Below are positions 1 to 8,697 of a stretch of 52,044 nt of DNA, in pieces. The stretch covers positions 1 to 52,044 of the forward strand of contig JAFYON010000095.1 in the NCBI GenBank assembly GCA_017560145.1. Reading direction: 5' to 3'. The notes beneath the pieces were generated by a model. The model did no database searches, was not told the DNA's origin, and saw only the letters and a program-made list of their open reading frames with translations. Position numbers and translations under genes: made by a program. The first letter of the stretch is position 1; every line of letters begins with the position of its first letter. Origin of the DNA: Clostridia bacterium. Lineage in GTDB: Bacteria; Bacillota; Clostridia; Oscillospirales; CAG-382.

Positions 1-268
1 CTTTCGGGCTGAATCTGATAAGAAGCCAGGGTAAGAACGCTAACCTCGCGTCCGCCGAAGTCGGTGCCTTCAGGAATGCCGGTATAGCCGTAAAAGCCCT
101 TTGCGTCGTCGAATGAGTTTTCATCCTTTGCATCGGAATTTGCAGAGCCGCTTTCGGTAGCGACTGAGCTTTCGTTGACGTTGGTAGAAACGTCTTCACA
201 AGCTGCAAAAACCGAGAACATCAATACTGCACAAAGCAACAAAGCGATTGTACGTAAGAAATTTTTCA
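1..268 (-). CDS. ABC-type extracellular solute-binding lipoprotein, N-terminal part only (gene continues past the left edge); paralogue of 446..1996
   Basis: The minus-strand frame is open from the window edge to the ATG at 266-268. The N-terminus MKNFLRTIALLLCAVLMFSVFAAC is a lipoprotein signal peptide with a lipobox. It is almost identical to the N-terminus of the 446..1996 product. Confidence 0.8.
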
Positions 269-302
269 TAATTGGAACCTCGCTTTTTAATTTTGATGTA
301 AC

Positions 303-331
303 ATTATACATAAAAAATTTAAAATTGTCAA
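303..331 (-). promoter_or_regulatory. Sigma-A-type promoter for the left solute-binding protein gene
   Basis: Read on the minus strand: TTGACA (326-331), a 17-nt spacer, then TATAAT (303-308). It lies about 35 nt upstream of the ATG at 268. Confidence 0.6.
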
Positions 332-404
332 CATGATGAATCCGCATTTTGAACAATCATAAACGATTCTGCGCGTGCGATCGGGTTAATTGTTTAATGA
401 CGGT

Positions 405-434
405 AAAAAAGAGGACGAATTAACGTCCTCTTTT
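405..434 (-). terminator. Intrinsic terminator after the 446..1996 gene
   Basis: Hairpin GAGGACG (411-417) / CGTCCTC (424-430) with a 6-nt loop. An A6 run at 405-410 gives a U-tract on the minus strand. It sits 12 nt downstream of the stop codon. Confidence 0.75.
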
Positions 435-445
435 AAAGCGTTTAT

Positions 446-1996
446 TTAGTTTTTGTTGTTCTTGAAGCCTTCAACGGTTGCTTCAATTTCAAGGATGGTC
501 TGTTCATCGATTGCATCGTAAGCAGAAACGAAGGTGCCCAAAGCGCCCTTGCGGAGATCTGCGATGGTCTGCATCATCTTACCCCAACGGTACATTTCCG
601 AAAGGTCGGGAACGCGGTTTTCCTTGATGAGGTCGAGCATTCTCATAGAGTCGTCATCGCGGGAGATCTGGTACTGAAGAGTTTGTTCAAAGTAGGTGTT
701 GGTAAGCTTGCTGCGAGAAACTGCTGCGAGAGCTTCGATAAGGTAAACGGAAAGCTGAAGATCTTCTTCGTGAACGGAGGTGGGAATAGCTATACAGTTA
801 GAGGTCCATGCGCCAACGTTGTTGGTGTAGTTGTCCTGAGTGTCATCGAACATGGGGCAGGGAAGAACACCGAAGTCGTCTTCCATAACGCGAACGGTAT
901 CCATTGCGCTGAGTGCGTTGAAGAGGAACAAGCATCTGCCGTCGATAAAGGTCTGGACTGCAGGGCTGCCGCTTTCGCTCTTCCAGTCGTCAGCAATGAT
1001 CATACCGCCGGTAGGATCCTGAGCGAATTCCTGAGCCTTGTTAATAAGCGAAATGTTACGCTCGGTCTTAACGGTAAGAGCGGGATAACCTTCGCTATCG
1101 AGGGTGCAAACGTTTGCGCCACCGGAACGGAGGAGCCAGTAAATAACGTTGTGCTGTGCGGAAATGCCACAGGTGTCTTCGGGGTCGCAAATGAAGTCGT
1201 TGTTATCGTCCTTGTAAACCTTCTTGGACATTTCAAACATAACGTCCTGAGTCCAAGCCTTGTCGTCTACCATTGCGTATAACGAATCGTAGCCGTAGCC
1301 CTTTGCGAGTTCGTATTTCTTTTCGATTTCTTTATTGAAAATTATGCACATGGTGGAAGCAACGCTAACGGTGGTGATATCGCTCGATGCGAAATAGGTC
1401 TTGCCTGCGATGGTAACCGCGTCGTTGAATTCCTTGCACCACCAAGGCTGGCTAAGGTCAACAAGCTTGTTGAGGTCATAAAGAATACCGTCGGAAGCGA
1501 GCATAGCTGCTTCAGTAAGTGCGGGCATAATGAACGCGTAATCTGCTGTGTCGCTGATAGCGTCGTTCTGAACACGCTTGTAGAAGGGACCGCCGTAACG
1601 GGAGCCGGTTGCAATACCTTCTTCTACGATTTGGATATTCAAAAGCTCTTCGACCAAGCGGGTGCATTCAGCAGCGGCTGTGCCGACAACGGTCATATTT
1701 TCGGGATCGTATGTAGGGCTGCTTTCTGCCTGAATCTGATACTGAGCCAGGGTAAGAACGCTAACCTCGCGTCCGCCGAAGTCGGTGCCTTCGGGAATAC
1801 CGGTGTAGCCGTAAAAGCCCTTGGTGTCATCAAACTTGCTTTCTTCTGTGCTTGTGTTGGAATCGGAAACGGAAGCACTTTCGGAGCCTGCATTGCTTTC
1901 GTTAACGTTGGTAGAAACGTCTTCACAAGCTGCAAAAACCGAGAACATTAATACTGCACAAAGCAATAAAGCGATTGTGCGTAAGAAGTTTTTCAT
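446..1996 (-). CDS. ABC-type extracellular solute-binding lipoprotein (large, about 500-aa sugar-binding type)
   Basis: 516-aa ORF with a signal peptide plus lipobox (VFAAC), then a Ser/Asp/Glu-rich linker. Length and overall pattern fit large family-1 solute-binding proteins. The substrate is unknown. Confidence 0.75.
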   Translation of the reverse strand: MKNFLRTIALLLCAVLMFSVFAACEDVSTNVNESNAGSESASVSDSNTSTEESKFDDTKGFYGYTGIPEGTDFGGREVSVLTLAQYQIQAESSPTYDPENMTVVGTAAAECTRLVEELLNIQIVEEGIATGSRYGGPFYKRVQNDAISDTADYAFIMPALTEAAMLASDGILYDLNKLVDLSQPWWCKEFNDAVTIAGKTYFASSDITTVSVASTMCIIFNKEIEKKYELAKGYGYDSLYAMVDDKAWTQDVMFEMSKKVYKDDNNDFICDPEDTCGISAQHNVIYWLLRSGGANVCTLDSEGYPALTVKTERNISLINKAQEFAQDPTGGMIIADDWKSESGSPAVQTFIDGRCLFLFNALSAMDTVRVMEDDFGVLPCPMFDDTQDNYTNNVGAWTSNCIAIPTSVHEEDLQLSVYLIEALAAVSRSKLTNTYFEQTLQYQISRDDDSMRMLDLIKENRVPDLSEMYRWGKMMQTIADLRKGALGTFVSAYDAIDEQTILEIEATVEGFKNNKN

Positions 1997-2030
1997 AAAC
2001 GAAACCTCGCTTTTTTAATTTTGATGTAAC

Positions 2031-2059
2031 ATTATACATAAAAAAACACAAAATGTCAA
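2031..2059 (-). promoter_or_regulatory. Sigma-A-type promoter for 446..1996
   Basis: Read on the minus strand: TTGACA (2054-2059), a 17-nt spacer, then TATAAT (2031-2036). The surrounding segment is duplicated upstream of the left paralogue. Confidence 0.6.
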
Positions 2060-2125
2060 GAGCCTATTAATCAAAGTAACGTGATAAATAAAAAGAATAT
2101 TTTATCAAAATAGCGTGCAAAACGA

Positions 2126-2154
2126 TTGACAATTAAGGATTTAGGTGCTACAAT
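2126..2154 (+). promoter_or_regulatory. Sigma-A-type promoter for dapA-dapB
   Basis: TTGACA (2126-2131), a 17-nt spacer ending in TGC (extended -10), then TACAAT (2149-2154). Confidence 0.6.
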
Positions 2155-2193
2155 ACAATGAATATATTTTTTGTATCCTCGGAGGAAGCATTT

Positions 2194-3087
2194 ATGTCTG
2201 TCAATAACCCTATATTCAAAGGAACTGCTACTGCACTTATCACCCCGTTCAAGGACGGCGCGGTTGATTATGCTGCACTTGAAAATATACTTGAATTCCA
2301 GATCAACGGCGGCATCGACGCTCTCGTTGTTTGCGGCACCACCGGTGAACCCGCAACGTTAGATGACGATGAACACAAGAAGGTTCTTGAATTTGCTATC
2401 GAAAAGGTAAACAAGCGCGTTCCCGTTATCGCCGGCACCGGCTCCAATAACACTCAGTACGCTATCGATCTTTCCCGTTTTGCAGAGCGCGCGGGTGCCG
2501 ATGGCTTGCTTCTCGTTACCCCCTATTACAACAAATGCTCGCAAAAGGGTATCGTAAGCCACTTCAACACCGTTGCCGATTCGGTCAACATTCCCTGTAT
2601 CGTTTACAACGTACCCGGCAGAACCGGCTTCTGCATTTCGGTCGATTCCTATAAGGAGCTTGCAAAGCACGAAAACATCGTTGCGACCAAGGAAGCAAGC
2701 GGCAACCTTCTTCTTATGATGGAGGTTCTCGAGGCTTGCGGTAACGATCTTGCAATGTACAGCGGCGACGATCAGCAGATCGTTCCCCTTATGTCCATGG
2801 GCGCTATCGGTGTTATCTCGGTATTCTCCAACATTATGCCTGCCGAGGCTCACCGCATCTCCAAGCTCTGCCTTGAGGGCGATTTCAAAACCGCCGCATC
2901 GCTTCAGCTTAAATATCTCCGCCTTATGAACGGCTTGTTTATGCAGGTCAACCCCATCCCCGTAAAGACTGCGGTTGCAAAGATGGGATTCTGCAATAAC
3001 GAATTCCGTATGCCCCTTTGCCCGATGGATGCATCCGACGATGAAAAGCTCTTCGCACTTATGCGTGAGCAGGGTCTTATCAAGTAA
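2194..3087 (+). CDS. dapA: 4-hydroxy-tetrahydrodipicolinate synthase
   Basis: The product reads MSVNNPIFKGTATALITPF...CGTTGE...YNVPGRTG, typical of DapA. The start was moved to the ATG at 2194, preceded by GGAGGAAG. The ORF-track start at 2158 sits only a few nt after the -10 element. Confidence 0.9.
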   Translation: MSVNNPIFKGTATALITPFKDGAVDYAALENILEFQINGGIDALVVCGTTGEPATLDDDEHKKVLEFAIEKVNKRVPVIAGTGSNNTQYAIDLSRFAERAGADGLLLVTPYYNKCSQKGIVSHFNTVADSVNIPCIVYNVPGRTGFCISVDSYKELAKHENIVATKEASGNLLLMMEVLEACGNDLAMYSGDDQQIVPLMSMGAIGVISVFSNIMPAEAHRISKLCLEGDFKTAASLQLKYLRLMNGLFMQVNPIPVKTAVAKMGFCNNEFRMPLCPMDASDDEKLFALMREQGLIK

Positions 3088-3108
3088 TATAATATAAGGA
3101 AACCGATT

Positions 3109-3882
3109 ATGAAGATCATACTTAACGGCGCCTGCGGCAGAATGGGCAAGGAAATAATTGCCTCTGCAAAGAAAAACGGTGTGGAGATCGTATCCGCCGT
3201 CGATAAATTCGGCACCCCCGATTTCAACGATATCCCGTTTTATACCTCTCTTTCGGAGGTTAAGGAATCCGCCGACGCTCTTATTGATTTCACAAACCAT
3301 ACCGCTCTGCCCGAGATCTGCGAATTTGTCCGCAAGAGCGGCATCCCCTGCGTTATCGCCTCCACCGGTCATACTGAAAGCGAGCGCGCAATGATGACCG
3401 AGCTTGCGAATGATTTTGCGGTCTTCTTTTCGCGCAATATGTCGCTCGGTATCAATCTGCTTACCGATCTTTGCAGAAGCGCCTATACCGCTTTCGGCGG
3501 CGATTGCGACGTTGAAATTATCGAAAAGCACCACCGCAACAAGCTCGATGCACCCAGCGGCACCGCGCTTATGATCGCAGAGGGAATAAAGGAGCTTATG
3601 CCCGAGGATACCGAATTTGTCACAGACAGATCCTCGCGTCGCTGCGTACGTCCCCAAAACGAGATCGGCATTTCCTCGATCCGTTGCGGCGGAATTTTCG
3701 GCGAGCACGAGGTCATATTGAGCCGAAACGGCGAAACGTTAAGCATCAAGCACGTAGCCGAAAACCGCGCCTTGTTTGCAGACGGCGCACTTAAAGCGGC
3801 TGAATATATCGCAAAAAAACAAAAGGGACTCTATTCGATGAAGGATCTTCTTTCGGAATCGGCTTCTGCTCCCACAAAATAA
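3109..3882 (+). CDS. dapB: 4-hydroxy-tetrahydrodipicolinate reductase
   Basis: 257 aa with an N-terminal G-x-x-G-x-M-G nucleotide-binding motif (NGACGRMG) and EKHHRNKLDAPSGTA, the DapB signature. It lies directly after dapA. Confidence 0.9.
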   Translation: MKIILNGACGRMGKEIIASAKKNGVEIVSAVDKFGTPDFNDIPFYTSLSEVKESADALIDFTNHTALPEICEFVRKSGIPCVIASTGHTESERAMMTELANDFAVFFSRNMSLGINLLTDLCRSAYTAFGGDCDVEIIEKHHRNKLDAPSGTALMIAEGIKELMPEDTEFVTDRSSRRCVRPQNEIGISSIRCGGIFGEHEVILSRNGETLSIKHVAENRALFADGALKAAEYIAKKQKGLYSMKDLLSESASAPTK

Positions 3883-3958
3883 AAATGCAACTTTACATTT
3901 CATAAATTGCAAAAATATCACCAAAAACGCGTTCGGGCGTGAATAAAATGCAAGAAAA

Positions 3959-3991
3959 ATGCAACAAGATTTAAAAATGTTGCATTTTTTA
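3959..3991 (+). terminator. Weak terminator-like hairpin after dapB
   Basis: ATGCAACA (3959-3966) / TGTTGCAT (3978-3985) with an 11-nt loop, followed by T6. The stem is AT-rich and short. Confidence 0.35.
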
Positions 3992-4020
3992 TTGACAATG
4001 TGCATTTTGATTGGTATAAT
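3992..4020 (+). promoter_or_regulatory. Consensus sigma-A promoter for the citrate synthase-aconitase-icd operon
   Basis: TTGACA (3992-3997), an exact 17-nt spacer, then TATAAT (4015-4020). Confidence 0.7.
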
Positions 4021-4048
4021 TGCAGGAAATGGAAGGACGGATACTGTT

Positions 4049-5407
4049 ATGAATAATAAATTGAATATCGAAACGCTTGCAAAGGATCTGACCGAAAACA
4101 GCGCTTTCGATGAACAACTGCATATAAAATACGGCGTAAAGCGCGGACTTCGTAATCCCGACGGCACGGGTGTGCTTGCGGGCATCACGAAGGTAAGTAA
4201 CGTACACGGCTACGTTATAAACGAATACGAGCGAGTCCCCTGCGAGGGCGAGCTCTTTTACCGCGGTATAAACATTAACGATATCGTTGAAGCTACCGAC
4301 CGCAACGACCGTTTCGGTTACGACGAGGCATCCTGGCTTCTTCTTTTCGGCTCGCTTCCCACCAAAAACGAGCTTGATTTTTACGATACCTTAATGGATG
4401 AATACAGCGATCCGCCCATGTCCTTTATCGAGGATATGATCATGCGCGCGCCCAGCCCCGATATTATGAACAAGCTGGCAAGAAGCGTTCTCGCTCTCTA
4501 CAGCTATGACGATAACCCCGACGATAATTCGGTTGACAACGTGCTTCGTCAATCGCTTATGATAATCGCGCGTATGCCGATGATAATGACCGCGGCATAT
4601 CAGGTCAAAAAGCGCTATTACGATAACGAAAGCTTCTTCCTCCACTCTCCGATCCCCGGACAGAGCATGGCGGAAAACATCCTTTCGATGCTCCGCTTCG
4701 ACCGTCAGTTCACCCGTGAAGAGGCAAAGCTTCTTGACAAATGCTTGATCCTCCACGCAGAGCACGGCGGCGGTAACAACTCCACCTTCGCGGTACGTGC
4801 TCTTACCTCCTCGGGTACCGACACTTTCTCGGCTATCGCCGCAGGTATCGGCGCGCTCAAGGGTCCCCGTCACGGCGGCGCGAACATCAAGGTTGTAAAG
4901 ATGCTCGACGATATCAAGGCGAACGTCGGCGATTATAAGGACGAAGAGGAAATCGCTGCTTATCTCAGAAAGCTTCTCAACAAGGAAGCGGGCGACAGAA
5001 GCGGTCTTATCTACGGTATGGGTCACGCGGTCTACACCTTGAGCGACCCCCGTGCAACCCTTCTTCGCAAGGCGGCAGAGGAGCATTGCGATATGTTCGG
5101 TATGCGTGAGGATTTCGATATCCTCCACACAGTTGAAAAATTGGCGCCCGAGCTTTTGCAGAACAAAATGCATTACGGCAACGCTATCTGTGCAAACGTC
5201 GACCTCTATTCGGGTCTTGTTTACCGTATGCTCGGCATCCCTCAGGAGCTCTTCACCCCGTTGTTTGCGATCGCGCGTCTTTCGGGCTGGTGTGCACACC
5301 GTCTTGAGGAGATCATCACCTGCCGTCGCATAATGCGTCCCGCATACCGTACCTTCCACGGCAGATTGCCTTATATCGAACTTGAAGACAGAAAGGATAA
5401 TTTCTAA
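4049..5407 (+). CDS. Citrate synthase (Si-type family)
   Basis: Motifs LHAEHGGGNNSTF and GMGHAVY. The 452-aa length fits after moving the start to the ATG at 4049, behind GGAAGGA. The ORF-track start at 3959 lies upstream of the promoter. Confidence 0.85.
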   Translation: MNNKLNIETLAKDLTENSAFDEQLHIKYGVKRGLRNPDGTGVLAGITKVSNVHGYVINEYERVPCEGELFYRGININDIVEATDRNDRFGYDEASWLLLFGSLPTKNELDFYDTLMDEYSDPPMSFIEDMIMRAPSPDIMNKLARSVLALYSYDDNPDDNSVDNVLRQSLMIIARMPMIMTAAYQVKKRYYDNESFFLHSPIPGQSMAENILSMLRFDRQFTREEAKLLDKCLILHAEHGGGNNSTFAVRALTSSGTDTFSAIAAGIGALKGPRHGGANIKVVKMLDDIKANVGDYKDEEEIAAYLRKLLNKEAGDRSGLIYGMGHAVYTLSDPRATLLRKAAEEHCDMFGMREDFDILHTVEKLAPELLQNKMHYGNAICANVDLYSGLVYRMLGIPQELFTPLFAIARLSGWCAHRLEEIITCRRIMRPAYRTFHGRLPYIELEDRKDNF

Positions 5408-7329
5408 TGTCCGGACTTACAATAGCTCAGAAAATAATCAAAGCTCACCTTGTAGAGGGCGAAATGATCAAGGGCTCGCCCATCGGGCTCCGTATCGACC
5501 AAACCCTTACTCAGGACGCAACCGGTACTATGGCATACCTCGAATTCGAGGCTATGGGTATTCCGCGCGTTAAAACCGAGCTTTCGGTTGCATATATCGA
5601 CCACAATACTCTCCAGAACGGCTTTATGAACGCCGACGACCATCTTTATATCCGCACCTGCGCGAAAAAGTACGGTCTTTATTTCTCACGTCCCGGTAAC
5701 GGCATCTGCCATCAGGTCCATCTCGAGCGCTTCGGCGTTCCCGGCAAAACCCTTATCGGCTCGGACAGCCACACTCCCACGGGCGGCGGCTTGGGTATGC
5801 TTGCCTTCGGTGCAGGCGGTCTTGACGTTGCCGTTGCAATGGGCGGCGGCGCGTATCACATCACCATGCCCGAAATGGTTCGTGTAAATCTTACCGGTAA
5901 ATTAAACGACTGGGTGTCTGCAAAGGACGTTATTCTTGAGGTTCTCCGCCGTCTTAGCGTAAAGGGCGGTGTCGGCAGAATTATCGAATACGGCGGAGAG
6001 GGTGTAAAGACTCTCACCGTTCCCGAAAGAGGCACTATAACCAATATGGGTGCCGAGCTTGGCGCAAGCACCTCGGTGTTCCCCTCTGATGAAAACACCC
6101 GTCTTTTCCTTGCGGCGCAGGGAAGAGAGGATCAATATGTTGAATTAAAGGCGGATGAGGACGCGGTTTACGATCTCGTTATCGATATCGACCTTTCGTC
6201 GCTCGTTCCTGCCGCTGCTTGTCCTCACAGCCCCGATAACGTTAAGTCTATCGAGGAGATCGGCAGCATCAAGGTTGATCAGGTTTGTATCGGCTCCTGC
6301 ACCAACTCCTCTTACGTAGACCTTATGAAGGTCGCATATATCCTCAAGGGCAAGACCGTTCACGATAACGTAAGCCTTTCCATCGCGCCCGGCAGCAAGC
6401 AGGTTTATAATATGCTTGCAGAAAGCGGTGCGCTTTCCTGGATGATCGATGCAGGCGCAAGAATTCTTGAATCTGCGTGCGGTCCCTGTATCGGTATGGG
6501 TCAGTCGCCTCAATCGGCAGGCGTTTCTCTGCGTACCTTCAACCGCAACTTCCTCGGAAGAAGCGGCACCAAGGACGCTCAGGTATATCTCGTAAGCCCC
6601 GAAACCGCGGCGATCTCCGCGCTTACCGGCGTGCTTACCGACCCAAGAACTATCGGTGAAATGCCCGAATTCCAAATGCCCGCAAGATTTATGATAAACG
6701 ATAATATGGTCATCAAGCCTGCAACGGTTGAGGAGGCTGTTAACGTAGAGGTCGTTCGCGGCCCCAACATCAAGCCCTTCCCCGAAAGCAGACCCGTTGA
6801 GGACACTATCGATTGCGAATGCATTCTCAAGGTCGGCGATAATATCACCACCGACCACATTATGCCCGCAGGCGCAAAGATCCTGCCCTATCGCTCCAAT
6901 ATTCCTTATCTTTCGAACTTCTGCTTCGAGGTGTGCGATGAGGAATTCCCCGCACGCGCAAAGGAAAAGAACGGCGGTATCATCATCGGCGGCGAAAACT
7001 ACGGTCAGGGCAGCTCGCGTGAGCACGCGGCGCTCGTTCCCCTTTACCTCGGCGTGAAGGCGGTAATCGCAAAGAGTTTTGCAAGAATCCATGCGGCAAA
7101 CCTTGTAAACGCAGGTATTCTTCCTCTTACCTTTGCAAATGCTTCTGATTACGATTCGATCGCGCTTGGCGATAAGCTAAAGATCGACGACCTTAGAAAT
7201 TGCATCAAAGAGGGAAGAGAAATCACCCTAAATGTAAACGGCAAGGATATCAAGCTCGTTTCCTCGCTTTCCGACCGCGACAGAGATATAATCCTCGCAG
7301 GCGGACTGTTGGAATTTACTAAACTTTAA
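5407..7329 (+). CDS. Aconitate hydratase (short, about 640-aa form)
   Basis: Fe-S ligand motifs GSCTNSSY and CGPCIGMGQ, plus the C-terminal swivel-domain motif GENYGQGSSREHAA. The ATG overlaps the citrate synthase stop (TAATG). Confidence 0.9.
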   Translation: MSGLTIAQKIIKAHLVEGEMIKGSPIGLRIDQTLTQDATGTMAYLEFEAMGIPRVKTELSVAYIDHNTLQNGFMNADDHLYIRTCAKKYGLYFSRPGNGICHQVHLERFGVPGKTLIGSDSHTPTGGGLGMLAFGAGGLDVAVAMGGGAYHITMPEMVRVNLTGKLNDWVSAKDVILEVLRRLSVKGGVGRIIEYGGEGVKTLTVPERGTITNMGAELGASTSVFPSDENTRLFLAAQGREDQYVELKADEDAVYDLVIDIDLSSLVPAAACPHSPDNVKSIEEIGSIKVDQVCIGSCTNSSYVDLMKVAYILKGKTVHDNVSLSIAPGSKQVYNMLAESGALSWMIDAGARILESACGPCIGMGQSPQSAGVSLRTFNRNFLGRSGTKDAQVYLVSPETAAISALTGVLTDPRTIGEMPEFQMPARFMINDNMVIKPATVEEAVNVEVVRGPNIKPFPESRPVEDTIDCECILKVGDNITTDHIMPAGAKILPYRSNIPYLSNFCFEVCDEEFPARAKEKNGGIIIGGENYGQGSSREHAALVPLYLGVKAVIAKSFARIHAANLVNAGILPLTFANASDYDSIALGDKLKIDDLRNCIKEGREITLNVNGKDIKLVSSLSDRDRDIILAGGLLEFTKL

Positions 7330-7344
7330 AGCTTTTTGGAGATT

Positions 7345-7376
7345 CTTAAGAACCTTTTTTCAAAAAGGTTCTTAAG
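7345..7376. repeat. Perfect 15-bp inverted repeat (stem-loop) between aconitase and icd, with no U-tract
   Basis: CTTAAGAACCTTTTT (7345-7359), then tc, then AAAAAGGTTCTTAAG (7362-7376). It is followed by GTCCGTAG, not a T-run. Confidence 0.8.
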
Positions 7377-7406
7377 GTCCGTAGTGTCTGAAAAAGGAGA
7401 ATAAAA

Positions 7407-8603
7407 ATGGCAAAGATTCAAATGAAAACGCCGCTCGTCGAAATGGACGGCGACGAAATGACAAGAATAATCTGGCAACAGATAAAGGATATTCTTCTTA
7501 ACCCTTATATAGATCTTAAGACCGAATATTACGATTTGGGACTCGAGCACCGTAACGAAACCGACGATCAGGTTACCGTCGATTCGGCAAACGCAACCCT
7601 TAAATACGGCGTTGCCGTAAAGTGCGCAACCATCACTCCCAACGCGGCAAGAATGACCGAGTACAACCTCAAGGAAATGTGGAAGTCCCCCAACGGCACT
7701 ATCCGTGCGATCCTCGACGGTACCGTTTTCCGTACCCCGATCATCGTAAAGGGCATTCCTCCCTACGTTCGCAACTGGACGAAGCCTATCTCTATCGCAC
7801 GTCACGCTTACGGCGATATTTACAAGGCAACCGAATTAAAGGTCGATGCCGGCTGTAAGGCAGAGCTTGTCGTTACCGATAAGGACGGCAACGAAACCCG
7901 TGCGCTTATCCACGATTTCAAGACCGACGGCATCATCCAAGGCGTGCACAACCTTGAAAAGAGCATTCAGGGCTTTGCAAGAAGCTGCTTTAACTATGCG
8001 CTCGATATGAAGGTCGACCTTTGGTTCTCCACCAAGGATACGATAAGCAAAAAATACGATCACACCTTCAAGGATATCTTTGCCGAAATTTACGAGGCTG
8101 AATATAAAGCGAAATTCGAAGAAGCGGGAATAGAATATTTCTATACCCTTATCGATGATGCGGTTGCTCGCGTTATTCGTTCCGAGGGCGGCTTTATCTG
8201 GGCTTGTAAGAATTACGACGGCGACGTTATGAGCGATATGGTATCCACCGCTTACGGCTCGTTGGCAATGATGACGAGCGTGCTCGTTTCTCCCGACGGA
8301 ATCTATGAATACGAGGCTGCACACGGCACCGTTCAGCGCCACTATTACAACCACCTCAAGGGCTTGCCCACCTCCACGAACTCGGTTGCAACCATTTTCG
8401 CTTGGACGGGTGCTTTAAGAAAGCGCGGCGAGCTTGATGAAATTCCCGAGCTTTGCGAATTTGCCGACAAGCTCGAGCGTGCTTGTATCGATACGATCGA
8501 ATCGGGCGTTATGACAAAGGACCTTTACCTTATTTCCACGCTTGAAAACAAAACTCAGGTGAATACCACCGAATTTTTGGAAGCGATCGCTTCAAGACTT
8601 TAA
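7407..8603 (+). CDS. icd: NADP-dependent isocitrate dehydrogenase (eukaryote-like, about 400-aa subfamily)
   Basis: [31 protein letters not shown] and RHAYGD closely parallel the IDH1/IDH2-type enzymes. Confidence 0.9.
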   Translation: MAKIQMKTPLVEMDGDEMTRIIWQQIKDILLNPYIDLKTEYYDLGLEHRNETDDQVTVDSANATLKYGVAVKCATITPNAARMTEYNLKEMWKSPNGTIRAILDGTVFRTPIIVKGIPPYVRNWTKPISIARHAYGDIYKATELKVDAGCKAELVVTDKDGNETRALIHDFKTDGIIQGVHNLEKSIQGFARSCFNYALDMKVDLWFSTKDTISKKYDHTFKDIFAEIYEAEYKAKFEEAGIEYFYTLIDDAVARVIRSEGGFIWACKNYDGDVMSDMVSTAYGSLAMMTSVLVSPDGIYEYEAAHGTVQRHYYNHLKGLPTSTNSVATIFAWTGALRKRGELDEIPELCEFADKLERACIDTIESGVMTKDLYLISTLENKTQVNTTEFLEAIASRL

Positions 8604-8615
8604 TAACTCATTAAG

Positions 8616-8649
8616 CCCCGACGGATCACCGTCGGGGTTGACTTTTGTA
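8616..8649 (+). terminator. Intrinsic terminator after icd
   Basis: GC-rich hairpin CCCCGACGG (8616-8624) / CCGTCGGGG (8629-8637) with a 4-nt loop, followed by TTGACTTTTG. Confidence 0.75.
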
Positions 8650-8666
8650 ATAATATGTGGTATAAT
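8638..8666 (+). promoter_or_regulatory. Consensus-like sigma-A promoter for the GT2 gene
   Basis: TTGACT (8638-8643), a 17-nt spacer, then TATAAT (8661-8666). Confidence 0.65.
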
Positions 8667-8697
8667 TCTCAAAATATTATTGCCACGGAGGATCGTC

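Noticed and set aside
1997-2193. A possible lysine riboswitch (L-box) or T-box leader upstream of dapA.
   Set aside because: Two divergent promoters fill the region. The dapA leader from the predicted start is only about 35 nt, far too short for an L-box or a T-box.
2359-3708. Long antisense ORFs opposite well-supported genes. Examples are 2359..3708, 4391..5359, 6145..7092, 13514..14806, 16256..17785, 25292..26242 and 47203..48846, plus many shorter ones.
   Set aside because: Each lies entirely within, and antisense to, a gene with unmistakable family motifs. Their translations are low-complexity (Arg/Ala/Gly/Val-rich) with no motifs or ribosome-binding sites. This is the typical shadow-frame artefact of the codon bias here.
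3959-4048. N-terminal extensions in the ORF track. These are 2158 for dapA, 3959 for citrate synthase, 8638 for GT2, 18060, 31454, 34690, 37916, 41413, 41757 and 44371.
   Set aside because: The extensions either overlap the promoter hexamers, lie inside the preceding gene, or lack an RBS. In each case an internal start has a GGAGG-type Shine-Dalgarno sequence and gives the canonical family N-terminus.
7345-7376. The acn-icd hairpin read as an intrinsic terminator or an iron-responsive-element-like aconitase target.
   Set aside because: No U-tract follows the stem, and the stem lacks the C-bulge and CAGUG-type loop of IREs. I kept it only as an unexplained stem-loop.
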